Assembly: GCA_964419845.1 (NCBI GenBank)
Contig: CAYQRD010000005.1
Span: 24,175-88,174 of the forward strand
Length of the DNA: 64,000 nt
Source of the DNA: an uncultured Phycisphaeraceae bacterium
Lineage (GTDB): Bacteria; Planctomycetota; Phycisphaerae; Phycisphaerales; UBA1924
Reading direction: 5' to 3'
Shown here: positions 54,949 through 64,000 of the stretch, piece by piece
How the letters are laid out: each line of letters begins with the position of its first letter
Numbering within the stretch: position 1 is the first letter of the stretch
The notes under the pieces: model-generated
The model's input: the letters and a program-made list of their open reading frames with translations, nothing else
Told to the model about the DNA's origin: nothing
Databases searched by the model: none
Made by a program: the position numbers and the translations under genes

Positions 54949-55267
54949 GGTCGAACTCCTTGAATCTTGCCGGGATACCCGACACGCCCGCCACCAAGGC
55001 CCACCGCGGTTCGATGCAAGCAACCCGCTCGCATTCACAATCGCCGCCGATGTACATGCCCGATGAGCACTCCTGAACGGGTTTGAGACCGCTCAGAAGG
55101 GAGAGAAGCGTAGTCCAGAGCCCGCCCGAGTCAATCAGCCCATTCGATCCGCAGCAATTATTTCTCCCAATCGACCGATGACACCGATCCAACGGACAGG
55201 GCACTCGCGAATCGAGCGATAGACTCAGACATCCTTGCCCGATCCAGACCAGACGGAGAGACGATCC

Positions 55268-56680
55268 ATGCGATGCGCACCCCAACTCCTCTTCAAGCTC
55301 TTCCCATTGATCCTCATAAGCGCCTTGGCTCGCCCTGCGTGGGCCCAGGCGACACCAAACAACGACACCGCTACCCCAACAGCCGTCGAACTTGAGCCGG
55401 ATCCGATCCGGATCGATGCTCTGGATCTCAACATCCACATCCCCGTTGGATCTGTGTCCGAAACCACGAGCTTCGGCAACAACGCCAGCGTCGGCATCGG
55501 ATTCCCCGACAAGATCGGCGTGATGATCATCAAGGAGCAGCGAACCAGCAACGCGGACCTGACCCTTGAGCAGGTCACGCAGAGCATCCTCAAACAGCTC
55601 ACCCGGTTCGGCAACTCGATCACCGGAACCGTGCTCGACCAGGACAAGGAACTCAATCTCAACTTCCGAAGCGGGCAGCGTTTCTATGTCCGCATCCCCG
55701 GCACCAACAACAAACCCGACACCGTACGCGGCATGACCATCTTCCAGAGCGGTCCGCAGAAGTTTGTGATCTTTGACCTGACCACGCTGTACCGCGATTT
55801 CGACAAGTGCCGCGCGATCTACGAAACCTGCGTCGCGACGATGGATCTGGGAAACCCGACCGATCAGGACGCACGCCGATCTGCCGCCGTGCGACGTATG
55901 CTCGATTTCATGGCCCTGCGAAGTGTCGAGGACTATCAGCAGGCGATGACATCCAAGCAGGACCGCTGGGAGCGTCTGTATCTGCCCGCCCCGTCAGGCG
56001 ATGATATGGATGCGACAGAATACGGGTATCGACGAATCCGTTCATGGGGCGGGTTCAAGGGCGAGCTGAGCGAAAAATCCAGAGGCAAGTGGACCGACGA
56101 CGACCGGACACTCGGGTATTTCGTGCAGATCGACGCGATGGCCATCGAGGAGGACCTGCGCGTGGACACCCGTGCAACTTTCTACATGGCAGAAGACGCG
56201 AGTGAGGAATCCTGGACCATCAAAATGTCACTGCGTCAGGGTGTCAGCTCAAGCACATCGACCATCACCGGTGCCCGGTCGCGGAACAACCTCGTAATCC
56301 TGACGGACTCGAGCGAAGCCGGCCCGATCAAAACGACCCCGCTTATCCAGGGCGACGGGTATATCTCCCAGACCATGAGCTATCTGGTGAGCAACATGCT
56401 CGCGCAGCACGCGGAGACAGGCGAGTACGCCTCGTATGTATACAACAGTTCCGCTGGCGCCATCACTCTTCGCTGGGATGTCGTCGAGCACCCCAAGGAG
56501 ACGCCCGATCTGGTCCGAGTCACGACCAAGGTTTCGAGCGATACCCCCCCCACTGTCAGCCTCTACAACACGGAAGGCGAACTGCTGCGGGTGCGGCTGA
56601 GCAACGGGCGTATCTGGGAACCGATCGAGCTTGAGCGTCTGATCTCGCTCTGGCAGAAGAAGGGGCTCCCGCTCGACTGA
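55268..56680 (+). CDS. Hypothetical secreted protein
   Basis: Start set at MRCAPQLLFKLFPLILISALARPAWAQ (signal peptide). About 470 aa with no recognisable family. Divergent from rpsJ. Confidence 0.6.
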   Translation: MRCAPQLLFKLFPLILISALARPAWAQATPNNDTATPTAVELEPDPIRIDALDLNIHIPVGSVSETTSFGNNASVGIGFPDKIGVMIIKEQRTSNADLTLEQVTQSILKQLTRFGNSITGTVLDQDKELNLNFRSGQRFYVRIPGTNNKPDTVRGMTIFQSGPQKFVIFDLTTLYRDFDKCRAIYETCVATMDLGNPTDQDARRSAAVRRMLDFMALRSVEDYQQAMTSKQDRWERLYLPAPSGDDMDATEYGYRRIRSWGGFKGELSEKSRGKWTDDDRTLGYFVQIDAMAIEEDLRVDTRATFYMAEDASEESWTIKMSLRQGVSSSTSTITGARSRNNLVILTDSSEAGPIKTTPLIQGDGYISQTMSYLVSNMLAQHAETGEYASYVYNSSAGAITLRWDVVEHPKETPDLVRVTTKVSSDTPPTVSLYNTEGELLRVRLSNGRIWEPIELERLISLWQKKGLPLD

Positions 56681-56824
56681 GCGCCGGTTCCTGCTTCGAG
56701 ATCACGAATTGCTCACCCCAGCGTGTCGAATTCAGCCCCGGGCTGCAACGAGCAGGTGCGGTTTCGGTATATGCTCATCCGGGCGTTCTGCCCCTTCGAG
56801 TATCACCCATCAGGAGAACATCGG

Positions 56825-58831
56825 ATGTCGAACCTGACACGCTTTTCCATCATCGCTCTTGCCGGCGCCTGTATGTCGCTGACCGCCTGCACCTCCAGCC
56901 AGACCCGTGAAAACGATTCTGCAGCTGATCGCTACGCGGTCATCAACGGCGAGCAGGTCCCGGTCCCCAACATCCCGATGGGCGATCAGGCAACCATCGA
57001 CGCGATCATTCATGAGGGCAAGCACAACTCACAGGTCATGGCAACCATCACCGAGATGTGCGAGACCTTTGGTCCACGGCTCACAGGCTCGACGGCGCTC
57101 GAGCAGTCCCAGCGATGGGCACGCGACAAGTTCGAGAGCTGGGGGCTTGAGAACGCACACCTCAACAAATGGGGCGTGGTTGAAACCCGCTTCGATCGCG
57201 GACCCTCCACCGGCAAGGTCCTCATGCAGACCAGCCGACGCCGTGACGCCGAGCCGCGCATGGTCCGAGAGATGGAGTTCACCACCCTCGCATGGTCGCA
57301 CGGCACCGACGGCCCAGAGAGCGGCCCGGTCATGTTCCTGCCCAAGACTCTCGACGAGTACGAACTCAACAAGGGCAAGTACAGCGACGCGTGGGTGCTC
57401 ATTGAGCCCAACTACTCCGGACGCGGAGGCATCCGCTCGACCGGGTTCCTCATGCGTGAGCGCATGGACGAACGCGCCGAGATCCGCGCCGAGCATGAGA
57501 AGAACAAGCAGATGGCCCAAAGCGAGGTCGAGCAGGTCGATCCCCACACATGGAACGGGACATTTGACTACAACGGGACCCCGGTCCCCGCCGTGCTGAC
57601 ACTCAACGAAGACGGCGACACCCCGGAGGGCACCATGGAGATCCGAAACTTCTCCGAGGGTCCAATCACCGACATCAAACGCGACGGGAACACCGTCACA
57701 TTCTCATGGACCCACGAGATGGGCACCTCGAACATCGAACTCAACTTCGACGGCGATACCGCCAAGGGTGTTTCCCGCGCTGCTTCGGGCAACGAGTTCG
57801 CGCTCGACTTCACCCGAGCATCGCAGGCAGCCGTTGAAGCAGAGCAGACCGCCGAGGATACGGAACGAATGCTCATGGCCCTCGTCCTCGACGAGAACCC
57901 CCACGGCTTCGTCTCCAGTTCCAAGGACGAACGCGTCTGGACAACATCTTCAAACAACTGGCGCGAGCGCAAGCTCAGCGATTACCCGACGGATGTCGAG
58001 GTCAATGTGCGCCAGAGCGACTACGACTACCTTGCCAGCCGCACGATGGAGGGCGTTGAGCTGACCGTCGAGTTCGATCTCCAGAACAACCTCAGCGCCG
58101 GTCCATTCCCGGTGTACAATGTCATCGCCGAAATCCCGGGCACCGAGTTCCCCGACGAGGTCATCATCATCTCGGGACACATGGACTCATGGAACGGCCC
58201 GGGCTCGATGGGCACCACCGACAACGGCACGGGAACAAGCGTCACGATCGAAGCCGCACGCATACTCGCCGCCGCGGGCGCCAAACCCAAGCGCACCATC
58301 CGCTTCGCCCTCTGGGGCGGCGAGGAACAGGGACTGCTGGGCTCTAAGGGCTACATCGAATCGCTCAGCGATGAAGAGAAAGCCAACATCTCCGCCGCGT
58401 TCGTCGACGACGGCGGAACCAACCATCAGGGCGGGCTGCCCGCGGCCGACTTCATGGTGGATTACCTCGCCGCAGCGACCGCACCCATCAATGGTGTCTT
58501 CTATTCCGAGACCGACGGCAAGTACCTCGATGTCAATATCCGCTCTACCGGGGCCAAGATCGAGACCCACGGCGGATCGGACCACGCCGCCTTCAACGCG
58601 GTCGGGGTTCCCGGATTCTTCTGGGACGAAACAGGGCGTGCAGACTACGGCTACGGCTGGCACACCCAGAACGACACCCTCGACCTCGCGATCGAGGAGT
58701 ATCTGATGCAGTCCGCAACGAACGCCGCCATCACCGCCTACAACCTCGCCAACGCACCCGCGCTGCTCCCACGCGAGGGCGAGACCTACGAGGTCGAGGA
58801 AGCCGAGCCGACCGCGAGTGCGGATCGGTAA
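56825..58831 (+). CDS. M28-family metallopeptidase lipoprotein (aminopeptidase-like)
   Basis: Start set at ATG 56825 (AGGAGAA upstream), giving the lipoprotein signal MSNLTRFSIIALAGACMSLTAC. M28 core: YNVIAEIPG...VIIISGHMDSW...GTTDNGTGTSVTIEAARIL...FALWGGEEQGLLGS...GGSDHAAF. Confidence 0.88.
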   Translation: MSNLTRFSIIALAGACMSLTACTSSQTRENDSAADRYAVINGEQVPVPNIPMGDQATIDAIIHEGKHNSQVMATITEMCETFGPRLTGSTALEQSQRWARDKFESWGLENAHLNKWGVVETRFDRGPSTGKVLMQTSRRRDAEPRMVREMEFTTLAWSHGTDGPESGPVMFLPKTLDEYELNKGKYSDAWVLIEPNYSGRGGIRSTGFLMRERMDERAEIRAEHEKNKQMAQSEVEQVDPHTWNGTFDYNGTPVPAVLTLNEDGDTPEGTMEIRNFSEGPITDIKRDGNTVTFSWTHEMGTSNIELNFDGDTAKGVSRAASGNEFALDFTRASQAAVEAEQTAEDTERMLMALVLDENPHGFVSSSKDERVWTTSSNNWRERKLSDYPTDVEVNVRQSDYDYLASRTMEGVELTVEFDLQNNLSAGPFPVYNVIAEIPGTEFPDEVIIISGHMDSWNGPGSMGTTDNGTGTSVTIEAARILAAAGAKPKRTIRFALWGGEEQGLLGSKGYIESLSDEEKANISAAFVDDGGTNHQGGLPAADFMVDYLAAATAPINGVFYSETDGKYLDVNIRSTGAKIETHGGSDHAAFNAVGVPGFFWDETGRADYGYGWHTQNDTLDLAIEEYLMQSATNAAITAYNLANAPALLPREGETYEVEEAEPTASADR

Positions 58832-58947
58832 GCCCCCAGGCAACAAACCACCAGGGAGGCCAAGCGGCCTCCTTTTTCATGCGCCGTTTCGCCCGCGAAC
58901 AGCCGCTTTTCACGCCAGACCCGATCAGGACCCGATACACTGATCAC

Positions 58948-60027
58948 ATGGCGACCGATCGCATCATCGCACCCACCGCCTCGCCTGTCGAGGAACACAA
59001 GAACTGGGCACTGCGCCCCCAGTCGATCGACGAGTACATCGGCCAGCCCGAACTCATCGAACGCCTCCTCATCGCGATCGAAGCGGTCAAGGCCCGTCAG
59101 GACGGCAAGAGCGACACCGAGCCACGCGAGCATCTCGAGCACATCCTGCTGCACGGCCCACCCGGGCTGGGGAAAACAACACTCGCCCATGTCATCGGTG
59201 CCGAGCTGGGGACCAAGGTCCACACCACTTCAGGCCCGGCGCTGGCGCGCGGCACCGACCTCGTCGCCGTGCTCACCCGCCTGCAACCGGGCGATGTCCT
59301 TTTCATCGATGAGATCCATCGACTGCCCATCGCTGTCGAGGAGTTCGTCTACCCGGCGATGGAAGACTTCAGGATCGATGTCTGCCTTGATACCGGGCTC
59401 AACGCCCGCACCGTCCAGATCAGGTGTGCCCCGTTCACGCTCATCGGGGCCACCACCCGAGCCGGGCTTCTCTCATCGCCCATGCGTTCACGCTTCGGCA
59501 TCACCCATCACCTGAGGTTCTACGAGCACTGCGACCTCGTGCACATCCTCGATCGCTCTGCGTCAATGCTCGCGATGGGCGCATGCGACAGGGACGCCCT
59601 GAGCCAGATCGCTTCGCGTTCGCGCGGCACGCCGCGCATCGCCAACCGTCTGCTGCGACGAGTCCGCGACTTCGCCGCGGTGCGTGCCAAGGGCGATGTC
59701 AGCTCGCGGATCGTCGACGAAGCTCTTTCGCTCGAAGGCGTAGACGCGCTGGGGCTCGACGAACTCGATCGCAGCTATATCCGCACGATCCACGGCGTGT
59801 ACAGCGGAGGCCCCGTGGGCCTCGAAGCCATCGCCGCCACGCTCAGCGAGGACTCGGGCACGCTCGAGGATGTCGTCGAGCCGTACCTGCTGCAGATCGG
59901 GTTCCTGGCGCGGACCCGCCGGGGTCGCATGATCACACGCCGGGCATGCGAGCATCTCGGGCTCTCGCCCATTGAAGATCCCAATGAAAACAAGCCGACG
60001 ACCGAACCGGTCACCGGCTTATTCTGA
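58948..60027 (+). CDS. ruvB: Holliday junction branch migration DNA helicase RuvB
   Basis: LRPQSIDEYIGQPELIERL, Walker A GPPGLGKTTLAHVI, Walker B VLFIDEIHRL, and GTPRIANRLLRRVRDFA. Start set at ATG 58948; ATG 58879 is possible. Confidence 0.95.
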   Translation: MATDRIIAPTASPVEEHKNWALRPQSIDEYIGQPELIERLLIAIEAVKARQDGKSDTEPREHLEHILLHGPPGLGKTTLAHVIGAELGTKVHTTSGPALARGTDLVAVLTRLQPGDVLFIDEIHRLPIAVEEFVYPAMEDFRIDVCLDTGLNARTVQIRCAPFTLIGATTRAGLLSSPMRSRFGITHHLRFYEHCDLVHILDRSASMLAMGACDRDALSQIASRSRGTPRIANRLLRRVRDFAAVRAKGDVSSRIVDEALSLEGVDALGLDELDRSYIRTIHGVYSGGPVGLEAIAATLSEDSGTLEDVVEPYLLQIGFLARTRRGRMITRRACEHLGLSPIEDPNENKPTTEPVTGLF

Positions 60028-60072
60028 TCTTCTGTCGTCCGATTTCTGCGACGATCGAGTCGAACTCGCGGG

Positions 60073-60828
60073 TTATTTCTTGAAAGCCCCGTTGAGCTCT
60101 TCCTCGGCTTCTTCAGTCAGGTAGAGGATGCAGCCATCGTTGGGCGACAGGGTCAGCTTCCCCTGAATCAGCGACGCGGCGACCTCGACGGGCACGGACA
60201 TCATCGACGAACCGCAGACATACTCGTGACGCTTGCGGTCGATGATCTCCAGCGGGGCCATCGCGTCCTCGCCACGCAACTCGAGGAGTTCTTCATAGAC
60301 CATGATCGCGTCCTTGGGAACGCCCGCGATGAGCTCCTCGCGCTTGCCCCGCAGCTCCGCAAGCTTGTCGGCGATCTCGTCTGCACGTTTCTGCCGATCG
60401 TTCTCGGCAACCTCACGCATCTTTTCACGCTCGGCCATGGCGGCTTCGAGCTCCTGGAATCGGGTGTTGAGCTCATCGATCTTCTCGAGCTGCTCGATCG
60501 CCTGCTCATCAAAGACCGAACGCTGCTCTTTGAGATTATTGACCTCGCTGAGCAGCGCCTTGTATTCCTTGTTTGATGTTGAGTTGTTCATCTTCTCGCG
60601 GAGTTCGTCGATGTGCAGCTTGATCCGCTCACTCTCCCCCTCCGCGTTCGCGGTCGAGGCCTTGAGCTGTCGGATCTGCGTGCTGAGCGAGTCGCTCTGC
60701 GCACCGATCTCCGCGAGTTTTTTGGTTTGCTCCGTGAGGAAGCGTTCGGCCGAAGTGAGTCGGCTTTGGAGCCCGCTGATTTCCTTGTCCACACGGAACA
60801 CGGCGAGCAACTGACGGGTAACGGACAT
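60073..60828 (-). CDS. Coiled-coil protein of the COG1579 (zinc-ribbon, DUF164-like) type with a degenerate ribbon
   Basis: Start at MSVTRQLLAVFRVDKEISGLQSRL. A long heptad-rich region is followed by the C-terminal HEYVCGSSMMSVPVE...SPNDGCILY, which keeps only 2 of the usual 4 Cys. Confidence 0.65.
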   Translation of the reverse strand: MSVTRQLLAVFRVDKEISGLQSRLTSAERFLTEQTKKLAEIGAQSDSLSTQIRQLKASTANAEGESERIKLHIDELREKMNNSTSNKEYKALLSEVNNLKEQRSVFDEQAIEQLEKIDELNTRFQELEAAMAEREKMREVAENDRQKRADEIADKLAELRGKREELIAGVPKDAIMVYEELLELRGEDAMAPLEIIDRKRHEYVCGSSMMSVPVEVAASLIQGKLTLSPNDGCILYLTEEAEEELNGAFKK

Positions 60829-60874
60829 GCAACCCTCCTGAACTGGCGCATCGATCATGCAGTAGTGTAGCCGC

Positions 60875-61792
60875 TCAGATCCCACCCGTGGACCAAACGC
60901 CCTGATCTTGTGTGAACGCCAGCGCCCAGTACGCGAGTGGTGCGACCAGAATGGGTGAGTCGATCAGATCCATCGCACCCCCGAATCCCGGCAGACTCGA
61001 CCCAGAGTCCTTCACCCCCGCATCCCGCTTGAGCAGGCTCGCGGCAAGATCGCCCAACTGTCCAAACCCGCCCATGAACACGCCCATGATGCCGGAATAC
61101 AACAGCCCCGGCGCGGCGATCCCATTCCGCACGAGCAGCCAGCTGCCAAGCATCGCAACCAGACCCGAAGTGATCAGACCACCGATAAGTCCTTCCCAGG
61201 TCTTTCCCGGGCTCAACCATGGAATCAGCTTGTGCTTGCCAATCGCCGTGCCGGTGAAGAATGCGCCGATGTCGCACGACTTCACGCTCGCCAGAACCCA
61301 GATCAGCAACCACATCGAGTGCTCGCGCCGGATCAGCAGCAGGAAACCGAACATCAGGCCCATATAGACATGGATCATCAGCACGCCCGAACCGATGGAA
61401 ATCGCGCCCTTCACATCGCGGTCGCGAACCGCGTAGAGCACACCGACCATGTAGGCCAGCACGACCGAGCTCATACCCGCAGCCAACCCCATCGTGCCCC
61501 GCGCCTGCTCGGGCAGCAGCGCGACAGCCAGCAGTCCGATCAACTGCACCAAAATGGCGATCCCCGGGCCGATCGGGATGCCCTTGGCCGTCAGGATCCG
61601 GGCCACTTCGCGTGCACCCATCGCGCCGAGGACCCCCAAAACCACAAACACGCAGATTCCGGGTGGCAGTGTCTGCTGGGGCATAAAGCCGGGCGCAGGC
61701 TGGGCGTCGAGCCAGACATCGAGCCACGCGAGCACCCCCACGAGCACGATGAACAGCGGTCCGAATGTCAATCGATGCCTCAACACGGGCAC
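60875..61792 (-). CDS. cdsA: Phosphatidate cytidylyltransferase
   Basis: Multi-TM protein. SCDIGAFFTGTAIGKHKLIPWLSPGKTWEGLIGG and KRDAGVKDSGSSLPGFGGAMDLIDS are the CdsA signature. Confidence 0.93.
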   Translation of the reverse strand: MPVLRHRLTFGPLFIVLVGVLAWLDVWLDAQPAPGFMPQQTLPPGICVFVVLGVLGAMGAREVARILTAKGIPIGPGIAILVQLIGLLAVALLPEQARGTMGLAAGMSSVVLAYMVGVLYAVRDRDVKGAISIGSGVLMIHVYMGLMFGFLLLIRREHSMWLLIWVLASVKSCDIGAFFTGTAIGKHKLIPWLSPGKTWEGLIGGLITSGLVAMLGSWLLVRNGIAAPGLLYSGIMGVFMGGFGQLGDLAASLLKRDAGVKDSGSSLPGFGGAMDLIDSPILVAPLAYWALAFTQDQGVWSTGGI

Positions 61793-61831
61793 ACCATAGC
61801 AGCCCTGGGCTCACGATGCTGGGCGATCACC

Positions 61832-62701
61832 TCACGCATCGTCATCGCTGATGCCATCAGAGAGTCCCCCGAACCGACGCTCACGGGCGGCATACGCACG
61901 GATCGCCTCCAACCAGCATGCCTCGTCGAACTCGGGCCAGTAGGTCCCGGTTACGAACAACTCGCTGTAGCTGATCTGCCAGAGCAGATAGTTGCTCACA
62001 CGCAGATCGCCGCCTGTCCGGATCAGCAGGTCCGGGTCGGGCAGACCTGCGGTATAAAGCGAATCGGAGATCAACGCCTGATCGATGTCCGATGCGTCGA
62101 GCTCGCCCGACTGCACACGCCGGGCGATGGTTCTCACGGCGTCCACGATCTCATCACGAGCGCCGTAGTTGATCGCCAGACAGAGCGTCAGCCCGGTGCA
62201 GGCCGCTGTGGTTTCCTCGAGTGTGTTCAGTGCCCTGACGACATCTTCGGGCATCCCGCTGCGGCGCCCGATCACACGCACGCGGATGTTGTGTTCACGC
62301 AGTGCGTCCTGCTCACCCTCGCAGTAATCGATGCACAGCGTCATGAGCGCCATGATCTCCTCGCTGGGTCGGGCCCAGTTCTCGCTGCTGAAGGAGTAGA
62401 GCGTGAGCACCTCAACCCCGACCTGTGCGCAGGTCTCGATCGCAGTGCGGACAGCAGCCGTCCCGTTGCGATGCCCGAAGATCCTCGGGAAGCCCCGCTC
62501 CTGGGCCCAGCGCCCGTTGCCGTCCATAATGACCGCGACATGACGCGGGATGCGCAGCGGATGCACATCGGGCAGCATGGTCTCGGGTCTCGCATGGGGA
62601 AAACGCGCTCGGATGCGTGTGTACGCATCGATCGCCGCCGGATCGGTGAAACCGGTCGGCATTGCCTGTGCATGTGATGGACTCGCGGCTTGATGACTCA
62701 C
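61832..62701 (-). CDS. uppS: Di-trans,poly-cis-undecaprenyl-diphosphate synthase
   Basis: PRHVAVIMDGNGRWAQERGFPRIFGHRNG, LTLYSFSSENWARP, and DLLIRTGGDLRVSNYLLWQISYSELF. The true start may be an internal ATG (for example 62578). Confidence 0.93.
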   Translation of the reverse strand: MSHQAASPSHAQAMPTGFTDPAAIDAYTRIRARFPHARPETMLPDVHPLRIPRHVAVIMDGNGRWAQERGFPRIFGHRNGTAAVRTAIETCAQVGVEVLTLYSFSSENWARPSEEIMALMTLCIDYCEGEQDALREHNIRVRVIGRRSGMPEDVVRALNTLEETTAACTGLTLCLAINYGARDEIVDAVRTIARRVQSGELDASDIDQALISDSLYTAGLPDPDLLIRTGGDLRVSNYLLWQISYSELFVTGTYWPEFDEACWLEAIRAYAARERRFGGLSDGISDDDA

Positions 62702-62734
62702 GGATTCACACCCCGCTTCATTGAGAGACCCGAC

Positions 62735-64000
<1,266 letters not shown>

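Noticed and set aside
54949-55038. N-terminal extensions of ORF-track entries for rpsJ, rplC (to 54558), rplR (to 46547), rplF (to 46899), rpoA (to 41501), the response regulator (to 6635) and the dockerin repeat protein (to 25408)
   Set aside because: The conserved protein N-termini begin at internal ATGs that have RBS-like purine tracts. The upstream parts are non-conserved read-through of intergenic sequence.
55107-55134. Possible sigma70-like promoter for the S10 operon (TTGACT-N16-TACGCT on the minus strand)
   Set aside because: The -10 element matches only 3 of 6 positions and promoter consensus in this lineage is unknown. Not reported as a feature.
60855-61814. 319-aa minus-strand ORF overlapping cdsA in another frame
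   Set aside because: The 60875-61792 frame carries the CdsA signature and hydrophobic TM pattern. This frame is Arg/Gly-rich with no motifs.

Overview
This is a high-GC (about 60% by eye, not computed), densely coding bacterial chromosomal window. I found no rRNA, CRISPR array, transposase or integrase.

Left to right:
1. A PCMT::erythromycin-esterase-like fusion, open to the left edge, translationally coupled to an unknown 433-aa gene.
2. A PAS histidine kinase, a LuxR-type response regulator and a P-type cation ATPase on one strand.
3. A visibly lower-GC patch with an unknown 152-aa ORF, Hsp20 and a PAC2-like protein.
4. A GT4 glycosyltransferase, a truncated GH130 remnant, a C39-like cysteine peptidase and tRNA-Ser(CGA).
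5. A polyamine cluster (deoxyhypusine-synthase-like, speA, speB) plus a sodium:solute symporter.
6. An alpha-glucan utilisation region of about 18 kb: ROK kinase, GHL10, CBM-esterase, two GH13, GH31, a sugar ABC transporter and a prepilin-like protein. It is bracketed by two secreted proteins that share a 55-aa dockerin-like C-terminal module ending in Gly-Cys-Pro.
7. pheS followed by the S10-spc-alpha cluster: 24 ribosomal protein genes, secY and rpoA.
8. A secreted hypothetical protein, an M28 lipoprotein peptidase, ruvB, a COG1579-like coiled-coil protein, cdsA, uppS and purA (open to the right edge).

The prepilin/DUF1559-like protein, the GC-ending dockerin modules and the extended ribosomal proteins suggest Planctomycetota, possibly Phycisphaerae-like. 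That is inference only.

I could not demonstrate a clear-cut new multi-gene system from sequence alone. The most unusual items are:
- the in-frame GH130 remnant behind the peptidase stop codon;
- the dockerin-bracketed glycan locus and its 669-aa repeat protein;
- the unknown-ORF/Hsp20/PAC2-like patch;
- the ribosomal protein extensions (HTH-like N-terminus on L22, RGG tail on S5);
- a 259-nt structured spacer between rplC and rplD.

The ORF track uses alternative start codons (for example GTG at 18090 and TTG at 8875). Several starts were therefore re-set by hand using RBS and homology logic.
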